DNA from: Mycobacteriales bacterium
GTDB taxonomy: Bacteria > Actinomycetota > Actinomycetes > Mycobacteriales > QHCD01
Assembly (NCBI GenBank): GCA_038253135.1
Contig: JBBSHJ010000001.1
Span: 1,901-65,900, forward strand
Direction of reading: 5' to 3'
Length of the DNA stretch: 64,000 nt
This document shows positions 1 through 9,438 of this stretch, one piece after another. The notes under the pieces are model-generated. The model made no database searches and had not been told where the DNA came from. It was given only the letters and a program-made list of their open reading frames with translations. Numbering within the stretch: position 1 is the first letter of the stretch; the number at the start of each line of letters is the position of its first letter. Both the position numbers and the translations under genes were made by a program.

Positions 1-792
1 GCCTACCAATTCGATCTCTCCACGTGGCAAAGCGTGGGCGGTTCGGGATACCCGAACAATGCCTCACCCGCGGAGCAGGACTACCGCGCGCTCTACCTGT
101 ATCGCATGCGCGGATGGGAGCCTTGGACCTGCGCCCGAATCCTCGGTTTGCGGGAGGATTCCGACGGTGGTTCGGGCCGGGCACCGGGCTCCGGGGACTT
201 CGCCGGTGGGGGTAGCGGCGGAACGCCGACGCCGACCAAGCCACCGCCGGAGCCGCCGAAGCCACCGACGCCGCCGACGTCGACGGGCGGCGCTCCGGCT
301 TGGCCCGGACAGCAGTATTACGAGGGTGACTACAGCGCGAATCTCAAGAAATTCCAGCTCCAGTTGAAGAAGCGCGGCGCCGATTTCGACGGGACCGGCT
401 GGTTCGGCGCGAAGACCGAGAAATATGTCAAGGGGCTGCAGCGCGCCAATGGTCTCGGCGTGGTCGGATTCATCGGGCCCAAGACCTGGGCGACCGCGTG
501 GACCGGCAAGATGCCAACGGCGAGCCAGCTCAATGGCGGTGCCGGACCGTCGTCGACTCCCACCAACCAAGCGCCGGCGTGGCCAGGAATCACCTTCTCC
601 TACGGCGATTCCAGCCCGTATCTGAAGAAGTGGCAGCTGCAGATGCGCAAGCGCGGCTACCCGTTCGATGGCACGGGCAATTTCGGCCCCAAGACGCTGA
701 AGTACGTGAAGAAGGTCCAGGCGGACAACGGGTTGCACGTCGTGGGCTACATCGGCCCGAAGACGTGGGCAGCGGCGTGGACCGGCAAATAA
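1..792 (+). CDS. Secreted cell-wall protein, 5' end outside the window: tail of an Rpf-type transglycosylase-like domain, Pro-rich linker, two peptidoglycan-binding (PG_binding_1-like) repeats
   Basis: Frame 1 is open from nt 1. AYQFDLSTWQSVGGSGYPNNASPAEQDYRALYLYRMRGWEPWTC resembles the C-terminal end of Rpf/transglycosylase-like domains. A PTPTKPPPEPPKPPTPPTS linker follows. Two internal repeats end in GLGVVGFIGPKTWATAWTG and GLHVVGYIGPKTWAAAWTG. TAA stop at 790-792. Confidence 0.8.
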   Translation, partial: AYQFDLSTWQSVGGSGYPNNASPAEQDYRALYLYRMRGWEPWTCARILGLREDSDGGSGRAPGSGDFAGGGSGGTPTPTKPPPEPPKPPTPPTSTGGAPAWPGQQYYEGDYSANLKKFQLQLKKRGADFDGTGWFGAKTEKYVKGLQRANGLGVVGFIGPKTWATAWTGKMPTASQLNGGAGPSSTPTNQAPAWPGITFSYGDSSPYLKKWQLQMRKRGYPFDGTGNFGPKTLKYVKKVQADNGLHVVGYIGPKTWAAAWTGK

Positions 793-1005
793 CGCGCACC
801 CTCGATCCACAGCGCCGGACCGCGTGACAACCAGTCCGCGGCCCGGCGCTGTCGCTCCGGCGCCAGCCCTCGTCGATGCCCTCCCTGCACGCGCCCGCGG
901 CGTGCGTGTCGGTCGAGGGTACGACGGGCGGCTGTGGATCGGCAGCCGGTCGCCGTACCGGTACCGGCGCGGGCGGTCCCGGCATGGCGAGCACAATGTC
1001 TGGTC

Positions 1006-1422
1006 ATGAGTGAGCACGAGAACCTGCTAGGAGACCCGCAGCCGACCCTGCTGCCCGAGGACCAGGAGGCGGCGACGGCGCTCGCGAATGCCGCCGACCC
1101 GGCGGAGGCGGCGGCCCGGGTGCCGGCGTCCAGCGCGGCCTGGGCCGCCATGGCGACCCGCGCGATCGCCGACGGGCGAACCATCGATGCCTACGCCTAC
1201 GCCCGGGTCGGCTACCACCGTGGCCTTGACGCCCTGCGCCGGGCCGGCTGGAAGGGTCACGGGCCGGTGCCGTGGTCGCACCTACCCAACCGCGGCTTCC
1301 TGACCTGCGTCGCGCTGCTGGCCCGCGCGGCCGGGACGATCGGCGAGTCCGGCGAGGCCCGCCGGTGCGCGACGCTGCTCACCGACTGCGATCCGGCCGC
1401 GGCGGGGCTACTGGAGGCCTGA
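1006..1422 (+). CDS. DUF3151-family conserved actinobacterial protein
   Basis: ATG 1006 lies inside track ORF 934..1422. MSEHENLLGDP...AYAYARVGYHRGLDALRRAGWKGHGPVPWSHLPNRGFL matches my recollection of DUF3151. The upstream 24 codons look non-coding. Confidence 0.7.
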   Translation: MSEHENLLGDPQPTLLPEDQEAATALANAADPAEAAARVPASSAAWAAMATRAIADGRTIDAYAYARVGYHRGLDALRRAGWKGHGPVPWSHLPNRGFLTCVALLARAAGTIGESGEARRCATLLTDCDPAAAGLLEA

Positions 1423-1469
1423 GCCCGCCGCCCGGCACGCGCGGCGGTTCGCGACGCTCACTGGTAGGC

Positions 1470-3023
1470 CTATGCCGTGATGGTGCTGGAGACGACCCTG
1501 CTGTTGACGCCGAGCACGGTGACGTAATACTGGCGGCTGCGCCCCTGATCGACGGACATCTGCCAATGCCCGGACGAGGTGGCCATCGCGGTCCGCACCG
1601 TGGTAAAGGAATGGGAGCCGGACACCGCGCTGCGGAGAGTCATCGTCCAGCCGGCGGGACCGGTGCCGGACACCGAGATGGTTCCCTTACCCCCGACGGT
1701 CGCGGGAGCAGTGATCGTCGGGCGGTAGATGTAGCGGATCAGCGCCACCGGCGATCTCAGCCCGACCGCCGTGGCATAGGCGTGAACCTGCGCGCGCTGC
1801 CGCGCTCCCATGCTCCAGCCGCGGGCCGCGTCGGCCCTGCTCGTCCCGGCGACACCCCACGGACCGCTGCCACGCTTGAAATAGACCTTCACGGTTGACA
1901 ACGAGGTCGCCGAACCAGCCAGGTGTGTCCCGGCTCCGATGACGACCGCCTGCGGCGCCTCGAGCGTCGGATAGCGCAGCACATTCGTCTGCCTGACCTT
2001 TGATGACTGGCCCTCCGCGGTCGCGTAGAAACGCCAGGTCCTCCGGATGCTGGCCCGATAGGCCCAGTTCCCGTTTCCCGCGGCGGTCACTGTGGTCAGC
2101 CGGCGGTAACCGCCGGTGCCCGTGCCGGCTGCGCCGTAGATCGACACCCTCGCGTAGTCGGTGATGTGCCCCCAGAGGTAAAAGCTCTTGCCCTCGGGCG
2201 AGGTTGCCGGCGCGTTGATGACCAGTGGCCAGATCGCTCGGACCCGCAGGGTGCGCGAGTCGCCGCCACTGCTCGATGCGGTGAAGAGCCGGTTGTGCAG
2301 CAGCCTGACGCTGTAGGACCATCGGCCGTTCGAAGTCGCGGTCACTGTCTGGAACAGGCGGTTGTCGGTTCCGTTCGTCAGTGCGGACCAGATCCGCACG
2401 TGCGCGCCCGCTGACGTCGTCCCGGTTAGGGTCACGGCGTGATCGGCCAGGACGCTCGCAGGAGCGCTGATCGTCGGGCGGCTGGGCGGGGCGACGCCGG
2501 TCCCGCCGGCCGGCCGGGTGGCCGCGTAGAAGTCGACGTACCGCTCGTGATATCCCACCGGTACGCCGCTGTGCGGGGCGTCGATCATCCACGCCTGGCC
2601 GTCCCTGTAGTAGGCGAAGATGCCCACGTGGTAAATCGAGCCGGCGCTGCTGCCGTAGAACATCAGGTCGCCGGGCTTGAGATTGCCGGCGGAGACCGGA
2701 TGATTCGCCGTCTCCCGGAATTGCGACGCGGACTGGTGAGCGAGCGAGATACCGACCGACTCGTAGGCCCGCATCACCAGTCCCGAGCAGTCGTAGCCGC
2801 TGTCGCTCGCGCCGCCCCAAACGTAGGGCGTGCCGACCCTCGCGTTGGCCCACGCGAGCGCGCGCTGACCCGGCGTGGAGGCCGCGGTTGCCGCGGTGCC
2901 GGTCGCCAGGATGCCGACCGCGACGACGCAAGCGGCGACGAGGATGGCGACGGCGGAGCGTGGACGGGTACGGCGCGGGCGGCGGGCGGCGGCAGCGATC
3001 ATGCGGGCTGGACTCCTATGCAC
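1470..3023 (-). CDS. Secreted NlpC/P60 (C40) peptidoglycan endopeptidase with four C-terminal ~84-aa Ig-like modules
   Basis: Signal-like N-terminus AVAILVAACVVAVGILATGTAATAAS. Catalytic core ALAWANARVGTPYVWGGASDSGYDCSGLVMRAYESVGISL...GDLMFYGSSAGSIYHVGIF. Four repeat modules follow, each opening with a P-T-(I/L)-x-A-P-like motif. The start may be ATG 3023 or ATG 3002. Confidence 0.85.
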   Translation of the reverse strand: MHRSPARMIAAAARRPRRTRPRSAVAILVAACVVAVGILATGTAATAASTPGQRALAWANARVGTPYVWGGASDSGYDCSGLVMRAYESVGISLAHQSASQFRETANHPVSAGNLKPGDLMFYGSSAGSIYHVGIFAYYRDGQAWMIDAPHSGVPVGYHERYVDFYAATRPAGGTGVAPPSRPTISAPASVLADHAVTLTGTTSAGAHVRIWSALTNGTDNRLFQTVTATSNGRWSYSVRLLHNRLFTASSSGGDSRTLRVRAIWPLVINAPATSPEGKSFYLWGHITDYARVSIYGAAGTGTGGYRRLTTVTAAGNGNWAYRASIRRTWRFYATAEGQSSKVRQTNVLRYPTLEAPQAVVIGAGTHLAGSATSLSTVKVYFKRGSGPWGVAGTSRADAARGWSMGARQRAQVHAYATAVGLRSPVALIRYIYRPTITAPATVGGKGTISVSGTGPAGWTMTLRSAVSGSHSFTTVRTAMATSSGHWQMSVDQGRSRQYYVTVLGVNSRVVSSTITA

Positions 3024-3114
3024 CTAGACGTAGTCGAGTCCCAGCGGGTGCGCTCGGCCGGTCACGTCGATGAATTTCACGGCGTGTCGGTTCGACGGTC
3101 GGAACCCCCGGTGA

Positions 3115-3143
3115 TGTATAGACGAAAGCCGCGGTTTTGCCAA
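3115..3143 (-). promoter_or_regulatory. Candidate sigma-70-type promoter TTGGCA-N17-TATACA for the short NlpC/P60 gene
   Basis: Minus strand reads TTGGCA (3143-3138), a 17-nt spacer, then TATACA (3120-3115). The same boxes and spacing recur upstream of the long paralog at 5972-6000. Confidence 0.45.
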
Positions 3144-3240
3144 CCCTGGGCACCTTAATTAGGCGCCTAATGTCCGCATTTGCCGGAAAACTTGCCGGTG
3201 TCGGCACCGAGATCCGACGGTCACCGGCGACAGCAGTCCT

Positions 3241-5766
3241 CTATTTGAGGACCTGCGTCGCGTGCGCAGGGGTGTACAAGGCGCCGTTGCTGCTACCGAC
3301 GCGCCACCAGACCGTGCTCGTCGCGGCCGTCTTGCACGACCAGGCCCCCGCGGTGTTCGCGTTGACGTTGCACCCGTTCCGCCATATGCCGGTCGGCGAG
3401 AACCTCTTCGCCAGGGTCACGGTCGCGCCCGGCCGCGCCGTACCGCTGACGGCGATTGTCGCCGTCGAGCGGGTGCCGCGGTGGGCCAGGGCCGGGACCT
3501 TCGCGGTCACGCCGACCTTGCTCGTGATGACGGATCCGACGTAATCGCCATGCACCTGGTAGCGGTAGTCGTCGCGGGCCGTCCGGCGGAAGGCGAAGCT
3601 GCCGTTGGCGTCCGCCTTGCCCGACGCGACCTTGGCGAAGCGCGAGGCGTGTGAGCCCTTCGCATAGAGCGCGATCGCCGATCCGCGACCGGCGTGCCCG
3701 GACAGCCGGTACGTCGTCATCAGCGGGACGGTCGCCGGCGCGGAGAGCGTCGGGTGCCACAGCACCCGGGTGTCGGTGTGCCAGGTCCTCGCCCCGTCGG
3801 CCGTCGCCCGCAGGGACGCCGACCGGCTGAGGCTGGCCCTGACCGACCAGGTGCCGCCCGCGGAGGCCGTGGTGGTGGCGAAGGTGCGCCACCGCGTGAC
3901 CGCATTGGTGTAGGACACGCTCACCCTGGATCCTGCTCCGGCCCGCCCGCTCACCGTCATGCGGGTGTTGGCATCGACGGTGGCCGGGACGCTGATCGAC
4001 GGGCGGCGTACCACCGTCGTCGTGACCGCCGCGGACCTCACCGACCCGGCGACCGCATAGACCGAACGGCTCGCGGTCAACGCGGTCCGGTAGCTCCACC
4101 GGCCGGACGAGTCCGACGCGGTGGTGCCGATCGCGACGTACCGACCGCCCGGTGCCGCGGCCATGACCGTCACCTTGGCGCGCTTCGCCGCGGTGCCCTG
4201 GAAGCTCACGCGCGTCCCGGTGACGATCCGGGTCACCGTGGCCTTGATGGTCGTCGGTGTCGCGGAGACGATCTTCGTGCTGACGATCCTGCTCTTGACC
4301 CCGAGCACGGTGACGTACCACTGCATGCTCTTGTTCTGCTGCACAAGAATCCGCCAGTGCCCGGCGGCATCCGACCTGGAAGTGCCGATGAGATAGTAGG
4401 ACCCCGATCCGGCCGGTGCGCCGTACAGCGACACGCTCCAGCCGGCCGGCCCGGTGCCCTTGATGGTCACGGCACCGGCCAGGCTGATCGTCGCCGGTGC
4501 CTGCACGGTCGGCGCGTAGATGTAGCGGATGACCGACACCGCGGACTTCAGCCCGGCGGCCTGCGCGTAGGCGGAGACCTGCGAGTGCTGGGTCGCGCTC
4601 ATGCCCCAGCCACGGGCGGCGTTCACGGTGGTCGACCCGGCGGCGGTCCAGCGATCGCTGCCGCGCCTGAAGTAGACCGTCAACCGGGCCAGCGACGTGG
4701 CGGTCCCGGAGAGCTTCGTACTGGCCCCCACGACTGCCGCCTGCGGCGCCGTCAGCGTCGGGTAGCGAAGAATGTTGGTCTGCACCACCTTCGACGTCTG
4801 GCCGTCGGCGGTCGCATAGAAGCGCATGGTGGTGCCCGGCGCGACCTTCAGAGCCCACTTGCCGGTGCCGCCCGCCGTGATGGTTCCGAGGGCGGTGTAG
4901 CCGCCGGCGCCCGGGCCCTGGGCGCCGTAGACGGTGACGTCCGAGTAGTCGGTGATGTGCCCCCAGACGTAGTACGACGTGCCCTCCGGATCGGTCGCCG
5001 GAGCGTTCATCGTGAGCGGCCAGATCGCCTTGACGATGACGGTCGGGGAGGTGCCGGCGCTCGTCACGGCGGCGAAGCGGCGGGTGTGCTGCAGGGTCAC
5101 GGAGTAGGACCACGACCCAGTGGCGCCGGCCGTCGTGGTTGCCTGGAGGGTGCTGGAACTGTCGCCGATTGCGGAGGAATACACCTGCACCGTCGCGCTG
5201 GGCCCGGCGGTTCCCGAGATCGTCACGGCGTGGTTGGCTGCGACCGTTGCCGGCGCTTGGATGGTCGGCCGCGGGGACGCCGGAGGTGGGCTGGTGCCGT
5301 CCCCGCCCGCCGGTCGCGTGGCCGCGTAGAAGTCGCTGTACATGTGGTGGAAATTGACCGGCGTACCGGTTTGCTGGGCGTCGAGCATCCATGGCTCGCC
5401 GTCCTGGTAATAGGCGAAGATTCCGACGTGATGGATTGTGCTCGCGGTGCTGCCGTAGAACATCAGGTCGCCGGGCTGGAGCGCGCCGACCGAGACCGGG
5501 TGGTTCGACGTTTCCTGGTATTGGATGGCCGATTGGTGGGTCAAGGAAATGCCGACCTGCTGATAGGCCCGCATGACCAAGCCCGAGCAGTCATAGCCGT
5601 TGTCGTCCTCGCCGCCCCACAGATACGGGACGCCGACCTTTGTTTCGGCCCACGCGAGCGCATTCGCTCCCGGGGTCGCGGCGTCCGCGGCCCCTGACGA
5701 GCCGAGCAGGGCGATCGCGACGCAGCAGGCGGCAAGGATGCTCGCAACGAGCGAGCGCGCGGTCAC
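3241..5766 (-). CDS. Secreted NlpC/P60 (C40) peptidoglycan endopeptidase, long paralog with eight ~84-aa Ig-like modules
   Basis: Core ALAWAETKVGVPYLWGGEDDNGYDCSGLVMRAYQQVGISL...GDLMFYGSTASTIHHVGIF. Modules 1-4 are colinear with the four modules of 1470..3023, and four further modules follow. I place the start at GTG 5766 (alt GTG 5778), giving signal peptide VTARSLVASILAACCVAIALLGSSGAADA. The track start at 6000 lies inside the predicted -35 box. Confidence 0.85.
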   Translation of the reverse strand: MTARSLVASILAACCVAIALLGSSGAADAATPGANALAWAETKVGVPYLWGGEDDNGYDCSGLVMRAYQQVGISLTHQSAIQYQETSNHPVSVGALQPGDLMFYGSTASTIHHVGIFAYYQDGEPWMLDAQQTGTPVNFHHMYSDFYAATRPAGGDGTSPPPASPRPTIQAPATVAANHAVTISGTAGPSATVQVYSSAIGDSSSTLQATTTAGATGSWSYSVTLQHTRRFAAVTSAGTSPTVIVKAIWPLTMNAPATDPEGTSYYVWGHITDYSDVTVYGAQGPGAGGYTALGTITAGGTGKWALKVAPGTTMRFYATADGQTSKVVQTNILRYPTLTAPQAAVVGASTKLSGTATSLARLTVYFRRGSDRWTAAGSTTVNAARGWGMSATQHSQVSAYAQAAGLKSAVSVIRYIYAPTVQAPATISLAGAVTIKGTGPAGWSVSLYGAPAGSGSYYLIGTSRSDAAGHWRILVQQNKSMQWYVTVLGVKSRIVSTKIVSATPTTIKATVTRIVTGTRVSFQGTAAKRAKVTVMAAAPGGRYVAIGTTASDSSGRWSYRTALTASRSVYAVAGSVRSAAVTTTVVRRPSISVPATVDANTRMTVSGRAGAGSRVSVSYTNAVTRWRTFATTTASAGGTWSVRASLSRSASLRATADGARTWHTDTRVLWHPTLSAPATVPLMTTYRLSGHAGRGSAIALYAKGSHASRFAKVASGKADANGSFAFRRTARDDYRYQVHGDYVGSVITSKVGVTAKVPALAHRGTRSTATIAVSGTARPGATVTLAKRFSPTGIWRNGCNVNANTAGAWSCKTAATSTVWWRVGSSNGALYTPAHATQVLK

Positions 5767-5971
5767 GCGACTCCCCACGGACGGCGTACCGCCCGCGGGA
5801 CGGGCGGCGCAAGACGGACCCGGGGCGCCGGGCGGAGCGGCAAGCGAGGGCACGGGAGCGGAGCTCCTTGCATGAGGGCGTACGACGACCGCGGCAGTGA
5901 CGCACCGGCCGCACACGTCGGGCGAAGATAAAAGGACGGCGTGTCGGTCACCCAGATATGACCTTGCCTGA

Positions 5972-6000
5972 TGTATAAGGCAGATGCTGGTGTTTGCCAA
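5972..6000 (-). promoter_or_regulatory. Candidate promoter TTGGCA-N17-TATACA for the long NlpC/P60 gene
   Basis: Minus strand reads TTGGCA (6000-5995), a 17-nt spacer, then TATACA (5977-5972). It sits in a locally AT-rich patch and is paralogous to 3115-3143. Confidence 0.45.
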
Positions 6001-6235
6001 GTTATGCCTGTTGCGTTACGCCAGGTTTATCCCGATTTACGCCGTATCTGTCCGCCCCTGCCAAGTCCTCCGGGTGACGGCATCGACGCCCTGATCACCG
6101 TCGGTCACCCGCCCGGCCGGCTCGCGGAGTCGGTCCTCCGCCTGACCCTCGTCGGGTCCGAGCATCGACGATCAGGAGGACGTCGGTCGGATCCGGATCC
6201 GCCGTCGGATACCCTCTCACCGGCGTACCGAGTGA

Positions 6236-7630
<1,395 letters not shown>

Positions 7631-7640
7631 AGGCCGGGCG

Positions 7641-8903
7641 ATGGCAACGCAGCCGGGGATGACGGTGCTCGTGGTGGGCAATGGCGCGCGCGAGCATGCG
7701 CTGGCCACGGCAATTGCCGCTGATCCGTCGGTGGAATCCGTGGTCTGCGCACCGGGGAATGCCGGCACTGCGGCCGATTTTCGCAATGCACCGGTCGCGG
7801 CCGAAGACGGTCGTGCGGTCGCCGATCTGGCCGCCGATCTCCGCGCCGGCCTCGTCGTCATCGGTCCGGAAGTCCCGCTGGTGGCGGGTGTCGCCGATGC
7901 GGTGCGGGAGCGGGGGATTGCGTGTTTCGGTCCGTCCGCTGCCGCGGCGAGGATCGAGGGATCGAAGGCCTTCGCCAAGGAGATCATGGCCGCGGCGGGC
8001 GTGCCGACGGCACGGTTCCACGAGTGTGACGACGCCACCCAGGTCGCCGCCGCGCTCGATGACTTCGACCCGCCCTACGTGATCAAGGACGATGCTCTGG
8101 CGGCCGGGAAGGGCGTGGTGGTGACGTCCGATCGTGCGATCGCCCTCGCGCACGCGGAGAGTTGCGGCTCGGTCGTTGTCGAGGAATTCCTGGACGGACC
8201 CGAGGTTTCGCTCTTTTGCATCACCGACGGCACAACGGTGGTCCCGTTATTGCCGGCGCAGGATTTCAAGCGGCTCGGCGACGCCGACTCCGGCCCGAAC
8301 ACGGGGGGGATGGGTGCGTACTGCCCGCTGCCGTGGGCCCCGCCGACGCTGGCGGAGGACGTCGTACGCGACGTCGTCGAACCGACCCTGACCGAGCTCG
8401 CGAAGCGCGGTACGCCGTTCTCCGGCCTGCTCTACGTCGGGCTCGCACTCACCAAGCGCGGCCCGGCGGTCATCGAATTCAACGCCCGCTTCGGCGATCC
8501 GGAGACCGAGGCGGTGCTCGCGCTGCTGGAGACGCCGCTGGCGTGCGTCCTCTACGCCGCCGCGACCGGGCGGCTGGCCGACGCGCCGCCCCTGCGCTGG
8601 CGCGCCGGCTCCGCCGTGACGGTCGTCCTCGCCGCCGGCGGGTATCCCGGCCCGGCTCGATCCGGGGACGCGATCTGCGGCGCGCTGCGACCGGGCGTCT
8701 TCCATGCGGGGACGAGCGCTTGCGACGGCCAGGTGATCTCCTCCGGAGGCCGCTTGGTCGCGGTGACTGCAACGGGGCCGGACCTCGCGGCCGCGCGTGA
8801 CGCGGCGTACCGGTCGCTGGCCGAGATCGAGGTCGACGGTGGTCAGTTCCGCACCGACATCGCGCTGGCCGCCGTGCGCGGCGAGGTCGTCGTGCCGACG
8901 TGA
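7641..8903 (+). CDS. purD: Phosphoribosylamine--glycine ligase
   Basis: MTVLVVGNGAREHALATAIA...VIGPEVPLVAGVAD...ATP-grasp region YVIKDDALAAGKGVVV. It starts 10 nt after the purA stop. An alternative start is ATG 7659. Confidence 0.95.
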   Translation: MATQPGMTVLVVGNGAREHALATAIAADPSVESVVCAPGNAGTAADFRNAPVAAEDGRAVADLAADLRAGLVVIGPEVPLVAGVADAVRERGIACFGPSAAAARIEGSKAFAKEIMAAAGVPTARFHECDDATQVAAALDDFDPPYVIKDDALAAGKGVVVTSDRAIALAHAESCGSVVVEEFLDGPEVSLFCITDGTTVVPLLPAQDFKRLGDADSGPNTGGMGAYCPLPWAPPTLAEDVVRDVVEPTLTELAKRGTPFSGLLYVGLALTKRGPAVIEFNARFGDPETEAVLALLETPLACVLYAAATGRLADAPPLRWRAGSAVTVVLAAGGYPGPARSGDAICGALRPGVFHAGTSACDGQVISSGGRLVAVTATGPDLAAARDAAYRSLAEIEVDGGQFRTDIALAAVRGEVVVPT

Positions 8904-8916
8904 CCCCGGTCCGGGT

Positions 8917-8956
8917 GGGGGAGATGGTGTGCCGAAACCAGCACCCGATCTCCCCC
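8917..8956 (+). terminator. Stem-loop directly after purD (possible factor-independent terminator, no U-tract)
   Basis: GGGGGAGAT (8917-8925) pairs with ATCTCCCCC (8948-8956), and the stem can extend imperfectly inward. It is flanked by the direct repeat CCGGGTGGG at 8911-8919 and 8959-8967. Confidence 0.35.
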
Positions 8957-9438
8957 GGCCGGGTGGGTAGGTCAGTCCGGCCGCACGGCCCGCAGGGCGA
9001 GAAAGCGCGGCACGGCGCGGTCGGCGTCCTCGCGGATCCGTTGGATCACCAGACCTGCGGCGGCTATCGGATTGATCAGCTCGGCCATGGTGAGCTGGCG
9101 GACGCCGACGCGGGCGCGGATTCCGGTCGGGCTCATCCCCGGGCCGGCAAAGACGCGTCCGGACGTCCGGTAACCGCTGCGGACCAGTCGTAGCGTGCTC
9201 GCACGTGACCACCCTCCTCAACGGAGCCCAACGACACCGTGGCATCGATTCGGTTCGCGGCCAAGGGATTTCGCGCTCGGCGATAGGGTCCTGACCTGTG
9301 CAAGGCGCACCCGATCGCGCCGCAGCCCGACGAGGTCCCGCGCCCGCGCCACCGCGGCGCGGGGAACAATGGATCCTGCCCGGGCCGGCGGCCGCTGCCG
9401 ACGGCCGACGATTGCTTCTCGCGCGCGGGGGGAACCCG

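Noticed and set aside
5767-6000. Track start at 6000 for the long NlpC/P60 gene (919 aa).
   Set aside because: The extra 78 residues are non-conserved and precede the obvious signal peptide. Nt 5972-6000 form the promoter-like TTGGCA-N17-TATACA that is shared with the paralog. A GTG at 5766 or 5778 is more plausible.
3024-6000. ydaO/c-di-AMP riboswitch upstream of the cell-wall hydrolase genes.
   Set aside because: I looked for the conserved ydaO cores (GGGGACCCA-like, GGGGUGAAUC-like, CAGCUAACC-like) on the minus strand of both leaders. I found only a vague resemblance in one leader (CCGGGGGTTCC ... CCGTGAAATTC) and none in the other. This needs cmsearch to exclude it formally.
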